Source: Laetmonice hystrix
Taxonomy: Eukaryota
Assembly (NCBI GenBank): GCA_965235115.1
Contig: OZ249436.1
Span: forward strand, 3,784,001-3,848,000
Direction of reading: 5' to 3'
Length of the DNA: 64,000 nt
Positions within the stretch are counted from its first letter, which is position 1. Every line of letters begins with the position of its first letter. Positions 35,501 to 49,067 of the stretch are shown here, piece after piece. A model generated the notes under the pieces. That model was not told the origin of the DNA and ran no database searches. It saw nothing but the letters and a program-made list of their open reading frames with translations. The position numbers and the translations under genes were made by a program.

Positions 35501-38500
35501 GTCCTCCTCCTGGGTCGAGTGAAGTCGGCTGACTCCCAGTTTTGTTGGTGTCCCTCCCAGGCTGTCCATGGAAGAATCATCCTCGATGATGGGCCGTCCT
35601 GCGTGCCTCCTCCGGGGCTTTGGGGAATCACTCTCAAACTCATCACTGCTGTCTCTGGTGGCTTCCAGTAGAAGATGTGCCTGGAGTGGCTTCGGGCTGT
35701 CCCTCGGTCCACTCCGTGGAGAGGCTGGCTTCAGCGGCGTTAACCCACCAACAAAAATCTCTTTCTTACTTGTGAAAAAGTTGGGATGATATTTTACTGG
35801 GACCTCTTCCTGGCAGATTCCTCCACCTGAGAGCAGCCAGAACTGGAGACTCAGGAAACATTGCCGGATATTTCCCTTGTAAAGGTTCACCAGGGTTAGT
35901 AGGTCACTGAAGTCTGTGCGCACGTTCTCGGCAAGACAGACCAGCTGCATGTGGCTCGCAATGTTTACCTGAAAAACAACACATACACTCAGTGTCGATA
36001 ACATCTCACCACAGTCCCTCCAAAAAGGATTACACTACAGTCTACACTGTAATTCCTCCCCATTAAGAACTAACCTAGAACTAACCTGCCATACCTGACA
36101 GATAATAAAGTGACCTTCCATACCCGACAGATAATAAAGTGACCTTTCATACCCGACAGATAATAAAGTGACCTTTCATACCCGACAGATAATAAAGTGA
36201 CCTTCCATACCCAACAGATAATAAAGTGACCTTCCATACCTGACAGATAATAAACTGACCTTCCATACCTGACAGATAATAAAGTGACATTCCATACGCG
36301 ACAGATAATAAAGTGACATTCCATACCTGACAGATAATAAAGTGACCTTCCATACCTGACAGATAATAAAGTGACATTCCATACCTGACAGATAATAAAG
36401 TAACCTTCCATACCTGACAGATAATAAAGTGACCTTCCATATCTGACAGATAATAAAGTGACCTTCCATACCTGACAGATAATAAAGTGACATTCCATAC
36501 CTGACAGATAATAAAGTGACATTCCATACCTGACAGATAATAAAGTGACTTCCATACCTGACAGATAATAAAGTAACCTTCCCAAGCAAAAGATAATAAA
36601 GTGACTTTCCATACCTGACAGGTAATAAAGTGACCTTCCATACCCGACAGATATTCCATACATGACAGATAATAAAGTGACCTTCCATACCCGACAGATA
36701 ATAAAGTGACCTTCCATACCTGACAGATAATAAAGTGACCTTCCATACCTGACAGATAATAAAGTAACCTTCCATACCTGACAGATAATTGGCATTCCAT
36801 ACCTGACAGATAATAAAGTAACCTTCCTAAGCAAAAGATAATAAAGTGACATTCCATACCTGACAGATAATAAAGTGACCTTCCATACCTGACAGATAAT
36901 AAAGTAACCTTCATACCTGACAGATAATAAAGTAACCTTCCATACCTGACAGATAATAAAGTGACATTCCATACGCGACAGATAATAAAGTGACATTCCA
37001 TACCTGACAGATAATAAAGTGACCTTCCATACCTGACAGATAATAAAGTGACCTTCCATACCTGACAGATAATAAAGTGACCTTCCATACCTGACAGATA
37101 ATTGACATTCCATACCTGACAGATAATAAAGTTCTTGGTTCATATCTAATCCACTACACAAAACATCTTTTCACCTATTTTGTGTGCCCCTACTTAGCCT
37201 GACTATTTGTCACTACTGCAATATTTTATCATGTTTAAACACAGTAACCTTGGATGAAGACTCACCATTGGTGGGATTTTCATACACAGATGTTCATGTC
37301 TTCCTTGCACTGTGGACGCTACCTTTGGATCAGACGTCGTCAAGATGATAGGACGTTTGGTCAGAGACATAAAAGTCTGGATCGCAGTCCAGAATCCTTT
37401 ATCCTCCTCAAACACGATATCCACCTGAAGGTTCAACAACATCCTTTTATCCCCCAGTCCAACAACAGATACTTTATTAATACTCTGATTTAGTCTTTCT
37501 CTAGTTTCTGAATATCATTATTATGATTCAAATACTTCAAATGACCCTACAATGAAACCAAGTATAGTCGTAGAGCATAGCTTATTAACAAATTCTACAA
37601 ACCTCTTCAAAGAGAATGAGCGATGTGCTCGATAGGTTGAGCCCTTTCCTGGAGTTAGAGCTGTCGTCCTTGGCTGGAGTACCTGGCTGTGGGCAGGCTT
37701 TGCCAGCCGGACTGAACGTCACTCCTGCCACACATAAGAATAAAATCTCGGTTTAGTTATTGGATGTCAAAAAGGAACTTACCACTTATTGTCACCACTT
37801 GCCTTCAACTAAAATATTTCATCATCCCTACACCTGTGATGTCTTTATTTGTCTTTTTCAGTTTTTGCTGACCCCAGCCCAAAACAAACCCAATGGCTAT
37901 CAATTAACCTTGATTTTACCTACCATTTTTTGTCTCGGTAGTTTTCTTGGCACCACCTCGTTTTAGAGGGTGACTGGATGACTTTCCAGGACCAGATTGA
38001 CTCTTCTCACTGGTACAACTCTGTGGACCACCGCTGCTCTTTTTGAAAAGGTTTGCAAAGGCTGTTGGCAACTTCTTCTCTGGATTTTGGTTTGGTTTTT
38101 GTGTAGAAGCTTTCTCTGTATGGTTGATCATGGAATGGCTAGTTAACATCCAACACCCAGAACATGTAAAAACTGGCAAGGTTCCTCCTCTGATTTCCAA
38201 AAGCATACCACAAGTTTTATATTTTTTAAATGGAAGCAAAGCTTAAATTTTTAAGAACTAAGATTAATTTTTTCATTTCCTTTGTTTCATTATTATTAGT
38301 CCAGATCCTGAGCTAAGTTTCTGACATATTAGTGTACATCCCGAGTGCGACACCCGGTTCTACTCACTGGAGTTTTCCTGGGCAGCCATACTGGAGGTAA
38401 ACATGCTATCCAAGTTTTTCTTCGACACTTGGTGTGACTGCGTCGCCTCCTGAAGCTGCGCTAATATCAGTTTACCGTTACGTCTATTTGATGCATTCAC

Positions 38501-41500
38501 CTCAAACACCTGTGATCAACATAAAGGTAGGCTCTAGATTTACAGATGTAGCAGTACATGTGGCTACAAAACTCACCTCAAACACCTGTGATCAACATAA
38601 AGGTAGGCTCTAGATTTACAGATGCAGCAGTACATGTGGCTACAAAACTCTATTTCAAAATTTCCATAATATTGTCAAGATTACAAATGCTTAAAGTGAG
38701 AGATATACATGTTAAACCCCTTGGAATAACAAGATACAAAAATCCTCTATTGTACTCACTTTATATCCTAGCTCCTGGGCAAGGGCGTAAACCATAGCGG
38801 TTTTACCAACGCCATGTGGGCCACTGACAACCATGGTGTTACAGAGCAGGCTGTCAGTTTCCTCGTAATCACTGTCCTCTTCACTGCTGCCCAGATCAAA
38901 GTCACTGTCATCATCCATCATCCACTCAGACCCCAGCTCTAAATGAACATTTCAAATTGAAATAAATTGCCCTAAATTCCGTTCTCTGTCAAATTGAAGG
39001 AACATGATTTTAAAGTAAGTTACGGGTAAACACAATGATTTAAGATCAATTACTCACGTTTACTGATCTCTTTTTTTGTCTCTTCTCTGCTTTTTCCGGT
39101 GCGTTTTGCCTGTTTCATAATCTGTTTGCGGAGCCTCCTGATCTCGAGATCTGTGCGCTGGATCCACTCAATTAGCCAGGTCTTTAGTTTCTTCACACAG
39201 CTGAGGTTACCCAGGACTTCAGCACCACTCCGTGGCTGGTATTTCTCTGTCCACTGGCATTCTGGCGGCGTCTGGTCTGTATCAGCCATCAATACAGCAC
39301 ATCTTAGTTTGTTTCAGCAAAATCCATCTCAAATAAATATCTCCTCGTTGTGTACCATCAATATTTAAACTTAAAATCATAAATATTTAAACTCAAAATC
39401 ATAAATATTTAAGTCCATGCTAACTGAATGGTTCTGTTGATGACTCACAAATATATTCTCAATTCAACTATTTAGTACTATGGTACTATTTATCGACTGA
39501 GGCCATTGGTCTACAGGTACAAATCTATAGCAGCGGTGTGAAACCTACCCTGGCCACTGCCTGAACTTGTGCCAACTTTACCATCTTCTCCGATGTCAGA
39601 CTTGCTGGAAACCTCAGTCCTTTCCCCAATAATAATCTGGCAGTCATCAAGACTCTGTCTCTTGGCATGAACTCTGGAGCTTCGTCGTACCGGAGGAACG
39701 GGACCATCTCCAGTATCTTGGTGAGCTCGTCTCCTCTTACTCCGCCTGGAGGACACTTCCGACTCGGCATCCCTCTCAGCTTCGGGCAGTTTTCTCTTCT
39801 TTCCTTTGGAAACATCTTCAACTCCAGTAGTTGTAGCCTCTTTTAAACTTTTCTCTCCTGTAAAAGTGCATGGTTTGTGATATGTCTAGAGGGTTTTTTT
39901 TTTCATCAGTTCACAATATCCATTACAAAGGATACTGTCACGCTTACAGCCAAGCCAAAAATAGATTGTCATAACTCTACGTGGTTTTTCAGGGCTAATC
40001 TACAGTCTTACATACCAGCACTATCTTCCTTTTGCGAGTTATCCTTCTCTTCATCCTTTTTTGTCAGCTGTCTGAAGACACGCCTAACAGGATAGGCTGG
40101 ATTAGACAGACTAATCTCAGCAAGCAGGTACGGTCTGATCTCCGCAGGGATCTCTGCTCGTTGTTTGCTCTGTACAGGAAAACAATGCCATGAAAATATT
40201 ACCTTTATTTTTGTAAACTCTACGATTTCTCTTTTGCTTAGATTTTGATGAGTTACACTATAAATATGTCGTTAAATACATGAGTTCCAACAATTCTAAT
40301 TCCAGTTTTTTATATGCCAGCCTGGGTGGGTGGGGGACATGTGTCGTTAGGAGTGGGTGACACCACCATCACAGTGAGATGGAAAAGGGGAGAAGACACT
40401 TAGAACTTGATGTCAAAGACAGGAATGTTCAAACTTACACCATCCAGGCGTGGTCTTGGTCCACCATCACACAATCTTTTCAACTTTCTGAAGTCGGCAT
40501 CCTTCACGATTATTTCGTCACTGGTTGATATTTCCCTGAAGGTTAGTTCCACATTTGGTAGATTCCAAGGGTCTGGCGTCATCAGACTATCAGTACGACT
40601 TTCTGTCCCTGGATGTCGCTGCTGTACATGGCTGACTTCAGGAATGGGAGGATATTCATAATTGGTGGATGCCATATCTGCTGCTGCTTTCTGCTTGCGA
40701 AGTTCCTGTGGCACACCACTCATCAAAAACTGACGTCGTACCTTCAGGAGTTCTGGGTCCACAGGGATGACATCATCCGTCGACCCGGAGACCTCTGTAT
40801 CCCCACTATTTTTCTTCCGGAAGATTGAGGCCAACTTTGGTGCAACTAAATTAACAAAATAAGTTTGTAGCTGTCATTTGTTGACTAGATAGAAACAATA
40901 CAAGCAAGTCATTTAATTTTATAATACAGAGTTTTATAATCCAAAGTTGAGGCTGCTTGGTGCTCAAGACATAACTCTGCGCACAAGAATTATTGACCGA
41001 ACAAATCATCAACTATTATAGAAATGGGTTGTTGGGGAAATCGATTTTCAATTGTAACATTTTCAAATTATAGTAACATCAGACACACTTTCTCAAAAAA
41101 CAGAACAGTGTGAAAAACGGTCACTGGCACATCTCCAATATAAATCAAGACGTCATTCTCGAATCAGTCTGTCACTCTGTTTTTTTCTTGTCACATTTGT
41201 GTCGTTGTCGTCGCTCAAATATATGACATAGCAACAAATAGACAGCCCTGTAATAGGGTCATCTAAAAAAGACATTTCCTAATCTGATAACATTCACTCA
41301 CCTTTCTTCTGAGGAGATTGTTTTCTACCAGGTTTGCTTTCTTTACTCTTCTTACGTTTTGAGGGAGTTTCAAACTTCACAACTTCAACGTCAGAGTCAT
41401 CAGATTCTACAAACTGCTTCCTTTTCGGACGTACTTTCTCCTGAAATTAAAATCTCCACATTAAAACGTTATAAAGTCCCCCTTGGCCACCGGGTCATGA

Positions 41501-44500
41501 TGTGAAAGCTGTGCTGGTGTCATATAAAAACTTGCCAGTGCCACGTCTACAGATCAAGGTATTAACATTTGGATTAAAATAGTACTGTTGTGTCCTACTT
41601 CTATGTGTCATACTAATGTTGAGGGATGAGTGTGGGTACAGAAAGCAGAATACAATCCCTGTAATGCAGCAAAAAAAAATACAGAAACAAAATAACACTG
41701 ACTGGCAGCACAAAATGGTTCAAATCTGCTGATCAGCAGACAATCACATTCCTTATACCTAGCTTCTAACGGAGCATATCTTTGAATGCCGAGTTACCAA
41801 CCTCAAAACTGACTGATATTGCAACCTTTGCAGTCATTGCACTTGCTCGACTTGATCTCCGGACATTCACGCTCTCAGCTTCTGCAGTAATTTTCTTCTT
41901 TCTCCCATTGACTGCGGCACCTTTGGCAGCAGCTGACGGCTTGGAACCTTTTGGTCCTTGTTTTTTCTTGCTGACCGATTTAGCTTTTTGAAGCAGCTGT
42001 TGAGCACGGGTTACCTTCTGCAAGAAGAAGAAAATAAACTCAATTTATAAATACAACTTAGAGAGAGGTAGAATCAGGTCTACCGTCTGCCAGGGCTAAG
42101 AAATAAACATCTAACTACTGAAATAATGGTACTAAAGTCTGATAACAGCTAGGAGTCTGCTTATTGACCCGATTAACATACCTGCTGCTTTTCTGTGACT
42201 TTGCCTTCTGACGCCAACAACTTCTGAGATCTCAACCTTTAGTGGACAAAATGAAATTATTGTTCAGATTGGTGACAATGGGTGTAACATGACTGACTTG
42301 ATATATGACCACGGTGATCTTCACAAGACTTTCTAAATGGAGTACTGTCTGTGTTCAGTTTTAATATCCTTAACTTGTAAAATGAAATCATTGTTCAGAT
42401 AATTGCTGACAATGGGTGTAACATGACTTGATATATGACCACGGTGATCTTCACAAGACTTTCCAAATGGAGTACTGTCTGTGTTCAGTTTTGATCCTTA
42501 ACTTGTAATCACAACGAATGCTATAGTTACTTCTAAAGTCCTTGTGTTGATATAACAAGCAGCACCATCGAGCCCATCTTACCTGGTAAACCTCATTTTG
42601 ATGGGAGTCTTCTTGGACTTCGCCGACCCTGGGCTCACTCCCAGAAGGACTGACTTGAAGACTTCTACGTTCTCCTCTGATGTTGACTCTTGAGTCTGTT
42701 CGTCAGACTCTGTTAGCGGCACATCTCCTCCACTCTCGCTCCCAACACGAGCCCGACCCTTTCTCCGACACACCTTAGCTTTGGTTGTTTTAGCTGTTAC
42801 ATCACATTGAACAGTCTTTTTACCCTTAACTTTGGGAGTAGATGTCAGTGGTGGTTTCACAACAGTAGTTGTTCGCCGTCCTTTACTACACAGTTCATCC
42901 TTTTTCTCCCCCGTTTTTGTACTTTTCTTTGACTTGTTAGTTCTTCTGGATGATTTCATAGTCACTTTACTTGTACTTGTGGACTGTTCTTCGAGTTCTT
43001 CTCCAAAACTTGTATCAAGCTCTGGTTGTGACGCTGTGAGAGGAGCAGGGTCAGGTACCTCTGGTACTGGTACCTTTGATGGTTTTATAGTCGTCAATCC
43101 TTGGATTCCAAAACCTAATGTTCCCTGCCTTGAGCTGTTGCTAACTTTCACTTTCACTTTGTCTAGACTTGCCATCTGTGCTGCTGCCTGCTTTCTGCGC
43201 TCTTCCCTTTGCTTGAAATCATGTTCTTCTTGCTTTTTTACCTCCTCATCCGTCAACGTTTGTTCTGGAAGATCTTTGGAGACTTCTTCACGTGTAATGA
43301 TGCAACTATCGTCATGTTCTTCCACAGCAGCCTTCACACCTGGTTTTATGACATCAGAATTGTTTTTATTTTCTAGTTTGTTCTTTTTATCAGGGAGATT
43401 AATAATAGTCGTGTCAAGATGAGTGATGGTCAGGTCACAATCATCGACAACAACATTGGACCGTCTTCTCTGTGAGCTACCACCAGGCGACCCTTCATGA
43501 CCTGACAATGACCTACTTTCACTGTTACATCTTTCCCGAGACAACCCTCCTGGTTCAGCATGGACTTCAGCCTTCACAGTTATTGTAACAGAATCGTCTT
43601 CTTTCTTATTCTGCGACTTTTTACTGGCCTTAGTAAAGAACATGGCTATTCCTTTAGACTTTACCTTGGCTTTAGCAGGTGGAGAGACAGGGCTTTGAGT
43701 ACCGTCTCCTGCCTCGTCCATGGACTTTACCTTGGCTTTAGCAGGTGGAGAGATAGGGCTTTGAGTACCATCTCCTGCCTCGTCCATGGTCTTCCCCTCA
43801 CCATCAACGCCACCTCCTTCCTCACTAAAATTCAACATTTTCTTGCTTGATGCTATTTTGGTTCTATCTGTTGTTGACATCACACTGTGACTTTTCTTCA
43901 CGTCCCCACTGGACAAAGGTGTTGTAGAATGATCATCTTTGTAATCAGCTTCTATATCCTGACCTGGCTTGCAATTCGTGCTGCCAAAGGTTGTGTTCTG
44001 TACACAGTCTCCAGACCCTTCCTTGGGTTTACTTAAGCAGGCAGGGAGGTTTTTGGACTTGGAGTCGCCTTCACCCAACAAAATAACCGAGTCCTCTTCT
44101 GGTCCAACACTTCTGAGAAAATCCTCATATGATATTTCTAACTGTTCAGTTGCAGTTTCTCTTCTCTTACTTTCAGTTGGAAAAGCCACTGCATTTTTAG
44201 CTTTTTTCAGTCTTTTAGATTTGAATTTAGTTTCCTTTTTATGTGTCTCTTCTTCTTTAAAGTCATCAAGAGAATTATCAAGACTCATTACATCTCCTTC
44301 TGCTGTCGATGACAGTTTAGGATTGGCTGATTTTGTTGGGTCTGTTTTAGGAATGAATGATGATACAGACAATGTGCTACCTGCCATCCCTCCCCAAACC
44401 ATTCGCTTACTCTTGCATGGCTCAGCATCCTCAGGTTCACGTTTTTTCAGATTTCCTTCGGGTTTTATTGATTCCTTGGGTATGAAAGAAGCGGACTTCT

Positions 44501-45022
44501 TTGGTTGCCTGAAGAAATCTGTTATGAGGTTTTGAGATGCTGGCTTCTCCAAGGGAAGACTTGGAAGCTATAACAGAAAGACAAAACCATTAGCAATAGA
44601 GAGATCATTCAATCATATAACTCATACAAAACAGCCTAGAGCATATAAAAAATATCCTATCTGTATTCTGTACAAGTAGAGTGCCTGCCTTATGCTGCTT
44701 ATGAATCCCACTCAAAACCAAGGAAACAAGAATCATGCCTTGTGTAGTTTTAGCCTCTAGTGTATGGTCAGTTATTTACTCACATCAAGCTATGTTTATG
44801 TATGTATGTTCACATGCAATGTGGAACTTTTTACTCAGCTCTAACTCTTATTATTAAGTTTCTCACTGCCTCAATTCCCTCTTTTCTTACAGAATAAGAT
44901 ATGAGCACTAAATCATGCCTGCATGAGCACTAAATCATGCCTGACGATGTATTAATGTCCCTTACCCTGGCCTCGTCGGAAGCCTCCTCAACATCCATGC
45001 TAACTAATGATAAACCTGGCAT
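32579..45022 (-). CDS. ATAD5: ATPase family AAA domain-containing 5 (ELG1, PCNA unloader), multi-exon. Includes 45022-44966, 44567-42583, 42236-42182, 42017-41802, 41440-41302, 40845-40439, several internal exons, and last exon 32663-32579
   Basis: PIP-like QNLITDFF; WTEKYQPRS..VLGN..VKKLKTWL; Walker A GPHGVGKT..ALAQELGYKVFEVNAS; ILFEEVDIVFEEDKGFW..TKRPIILT; C-terminus DYLPSLRTMCRSE..KRRRFLHY, all typical of ATAD5. Confidence 0.93.
33252..33991. repeat. 335-bp tandem duplication (~2.2 copies) containing a tRNA-derived SINE-like head (A box TGGCCTAGTGG, B box GGTTCGATTCC; ~33481-33575 and ~33816-33910)
   Basis: Exact direct repeats; Pol III internal promoter boxes present but no acceptor stem. 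Confidence 0.75.
36084..37130. repeat. Intronic minisatellite, 29-bp unit (ccatacctgacagataataaagtgacctt), ~36 copies
   Basis: Tandem units in an ATAD5 intron. Confidence 0.95.
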
Positions 45023-45729
45023 CAGGAATTCACAATCACGCAGTATCCTGGATATGTAAACCTGGCATCAGGAATGTCCTTGACAATCACGCAGTATCCT
45101 GGATATGTAAACCTGGCATCAGGAATGTCCTTGACAATCACGCAGTATCATGAATATGTAAACCTGGCATCAGGAATCTCCTTCACAATCACGCAGTATC
45201 CCGGATATGTAAACCTGGCATCAGGAATCTCCTTCACAATCACGCAGTATCCCGGATATGTAAACCTGGCATCAGGAATGTCCTTCACAATCACGCAGTA
45301 TCCCGGATATGTAAACCTGGCATCAGGAATGTCCTTCACAATCACGCAGTATCCCAGATATGTAAAACTGGCATCAGGAATCTCCTTCACAATCACGCAG
45401 TATCCTGGATATGTAAACCTGGCATCAGGAATCTCCTTCACAATCACGCAGTATCCTGGATATGTAAACCTGGCATCAGGAATGTCCAAGGTCACAATCA
45501 CGCAGTATCCTGGATATGTAAACCTGGCATCAGGAATCTCCTTCACAATCACGCAGTATCATGGATATGTAAACCTGGCATCAGGAATCTCCTTCACAAT
45601 CACACAGTATCCTGGATATGTAAACCTGGCATCAGGAATCTCCTTCACAATCACGCAGTATCCCGGATATGTAAACCTGGCATCAGGAATCTCCTTCACA
45701 ATCACGCAGTATCATGAATACGAAACCTG
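45011..45729 (-). repeat. 51-bp minisatellite (~14 copies) made of the ATAD5 5' UTR and start-codon segment
   Basis: Minus-strand unit ATGCCAGGTTTACATATCCAGGATACTGCGTGATTGTGAAGGAGATTCCTG; the last ATG (45022) opens ATAD5. Confidence 0.9.
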
Positions 45730-45804
45730 AAACAAACAAAAACTTTGTGTCTTTCATTTCTTCTAACACCATCAATCCCATAATCACATCAACTGAATTA
45801 ATTA

Positions 45805-45997
45805 CCGTATAATGTCCCTTTAGCCGCGCATGTGCGTGTGCAGAAAAGCAGTGCGCGGCAATAGGGAGGTTGCGCCGGGAGCTTACAAAATTTTACACTA
45901 GGTGGCACGTTGAATACGGGTTTCCGGCACAGCTTGTTTGAAAAAATGCGGGGGTGCGCAGCAAATAGGTAGTGCGCGGCTAAAGGGACATATACGG
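45805..45997. mobile_element. Tc1/mariner (pogo/Tigger-like) MITE, TA TSD
   Basis: ta|ccgtataatgtccctttagccgcgca ... tgcgcggctaaagggacatatacgg|ta. Confidence 0.75.
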
Positions 45998-46656
45998 TAT
46001 GTATGTAAGGTTTACTGCACTACCATTATCTATTCAAGAGCTGGACCGTTCCTGTTTGATTCTTAATCTTAACATAATGCTTATTCTGCCCTCAGACGGC
46101 AGAATAAATAAATGTGTTTGACTAAACGACACAAAACAATGTGTTTGAGTTAGTGTAAAGCAGGGTAGGCCTAGGGTTAGTGTTAGTTTAGTCCCAAAAT
46201 TGTTTTTAATTAGGCACCAAATAGGATAATCTGCTATTCTGCTGGCACACATCATCCAATAAGAATCCAGTATTGCAGTCATATGACCTATCCATACACC
46301 GGCAGAAAATAACCACTGTCTAATCTTAAATAATTTAGGCCTATATTAATAAGACTGTGACTAGCTGGTTTTTAATGTATATTTAGCCAGCAATAGCTAA
46401 ATAATATTATCTTAGTTTGATTAATTAACCTAGCATTAGTATTATTATTTTTGTCTCAAATTGGCTGTTAATTGGATAAGCCGTTGAGCATCATCCAATT
46501 TTTAATAGGATTGAAGTTTAATGGTCACATGATGTCCCCGCCAAATGCTGGCTAAATAATTATATTCTATTAATAGTGCCAAAATTATTATGGACAATGT
46601 CAATCATGACTGAATTAAATTCTACATTGCTTGTGTATGATGAGTGGTAGGATAGG

Positions 46657-46815
46657 CAGGCGCGGATCCCGGAACTTTTGTAGTTTTGTAGTTGTAGGGG
46701 GGGGGGGGGGGGGGGGGTCCAGAAGATGCGAGCCGCCAGGGGATGAGGCAATGGTCTGGGGCCCTTCCCCGATATCGGATCATATTGGCGATAACAACGC
46801 CAGGATCCGCGCCTG
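46657..46815. mobile_element. Short MITE, TIR CAGGCGCGGATCC
   Basis: Perfect 13-bp TIR. Confidence 0.65.
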
Positions 46816-47147
46816 AGAGGGGGTTAGATCATTGAGCCATCTCCTGTCCATGTAATGGTTCCTGCGAGTGTGACAACCGGCTGCAGTTTGTTGACATTCT
46901 GAATCTGGCAATGTTCTCACAGTAACTCAAAACACACAGTAGTCAGTACACACCCAGACACACAACACAGTCACAGCGTCTGGCGAAATGTCGACACTCG
47001 AGGCTCTGGGCCCTCAGCGTTCTCCATCTCGCCAACCATAATATTCTCCTTGCCCCTTCAGGAAGAAGTTCAAGAACCCGAATCTATCTGGCATAAACCT
47101 TCACTCTGACAACCACCCTACATATTGTTACACAGAAAACAATCGAT

Positions 47148-47256
47148 ACTTACATTATCGTACACAGCAAAAATGGCGCGAACTACCACCTTGACCTTTG
47201 ACCTTAAAGTTGACCAATCAGCAATAACTTCCCTTTTTGGCCCTCTAGTGGCGGCT
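47148..47256 (-). promoter_or_regulatory. Putative ATAD5 promoter and non-coding first exon: minus-strand GTAAGT donor ~47153, YY1-like AAAATGGCG, TGACCTTTGACCT direct repeat, CCAAT, CTCF-like GCCCTCTAGTGGCG (47240-47253)
   Basis: Cluster of motif matches only. Confidence 0.45.
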
Positions 47257-49067
47257 ATTGGAACTACTGCTCACAGGCACCGAATCACTGCAACTGCGAG
47301 AGACAAAATAGTGCTTCAAAAAGTAGCCGTTTCTTGGAGAAACTTGCTATTTCTTTGTATTAAAAAGAAGAAAGACACAACCTACTTTATAAAGCAATGA
47401 AAATAATTCAAGATAAGGGAGAGAAAACAAGCTTCAGAGAGAATGCCTTGTGATAGAAAAAAAACAGAATCGAGAGGTCCGCTTTATGAAACGGAAAGTT
47501 ATAGCCGGCCACTCCCACAGCCGCACCGTAGGACAAGAAGCTCTGAAAAGGGGGGAGGGGGGTAATTATATTTGTGTAAGACGCAGATCCAGATTATTGG
47601 AAAGGTGGGGGAGCCAAAATCTATTAATTCGTTGGGGGGGGGGGGGGGTCCCAAGTTTTCCAGTATTCGCCGGGGGGGGGCTTCAGAAGTTGTCCTATAG
47701 GCCTATTTGCCGGGGGAATTTCGTGGGAACGAAATAGGCCTAGATCTAGATCTAGATCTAGATCTAGGCCTACATATTTTGTTCCCGCGGAATCATTTCG
47801 AGGTAACGAATTAGGCTAGCACGGTGATCCTTTAATCATTAATAGACTGGACGACCAAGTTAAACCAAAGCACGCATGGAACCATCGATCGAACCCCCAA
47901 ACTCGCTAAGCCTGTTCCAGCAGAATGAACGTCTGCATGAGGGAATTCCTCCTGAACACCGGTCTAGAATGTAACAGTGGCGGATCCAGGGGGCTAAGGG
48001 GGCGCCAGCCCCCACCCCCTAAATTCTGGACGATGCTATTTTTATCCTCCAACTCATCATAGAGGTCTACTAGATCTATATTTTAGGCCTAAGCCTCATA
48101 AGCCTCATGTTTTTATAGGCCTATGTTTTTGCCCGATGGTTAGCCCCCCCCCCCCAAAAAAAAATGAAGAAAAAAAAGAAGAAAATCCTATAGACCTAGA
48201 TCCGCCCATTTTGAAGCCCCATGCAGACAATAAAAGACGCAGTGCGTAAAGCTCTGAGAAACTAAACTATCAAATATATTTATATTTATTTATTCCTAAA
48301 AATAAATAGAAGCAACATTTAAATTTAAAAGTTACTGAGATCTACCATGATGGAGGCACGTTTATCCTGCCTGGCCCTCATAAGTATTAATATACCTAAA
48401 TGCTTGGAGAAACTTCACAATTTATATCGCCAGACGCCGGGAAATAGTGTTGTTGTTTGTTTTTTTTTTTTTTTTTTGTTGTTGAACAGTCCCCCCCCCC
48501 CTTCTAAATTCAAACATTGTCTCTGGGAGGACTCCCACTGAGATCTCCGCGCATGTTTGCCCCGCGCTCCCGTACGCATTGCCCATTTCAAACAGAGCTT
48601 TTCGTAGAATTTCTAAAGACGGCACTTCATAGGTCGGGGTCCACATCGATTATAGATTCTAGCCCTTAAACCCCTAACTTGATGCATGGAAGTTCAGCCT
48701 TATAAGCTCTTATAGATATGCGTTCGTATGGACCAGACCGGCCTGCATGGATCGGCCGTCGAGTTCCGACGTTATTAGACCCTGCATGTAGCCTAATTGT
48801 TTTAGAACGCAGTATATGGACCTGTTGGAAAATTGTGATGTCAAGCCGAACATGTAGGCGGACATGACCGAATTCCCCGTTGCCACCCTTCCTGGTAACA
48901 CTCACGTACAATATAGAAGGACATATCATGTCTCGCTCTACTTAACATCCGCATTCAGTGCCATATACTGTGTCTAGTAACACCTGAAGTTTGGATAACA
49001 CCCTGTACAATCGTCCCAGCCGTGGAATTCTCAAGGATATATGATCTAACACATAGATTTTGGAGAG

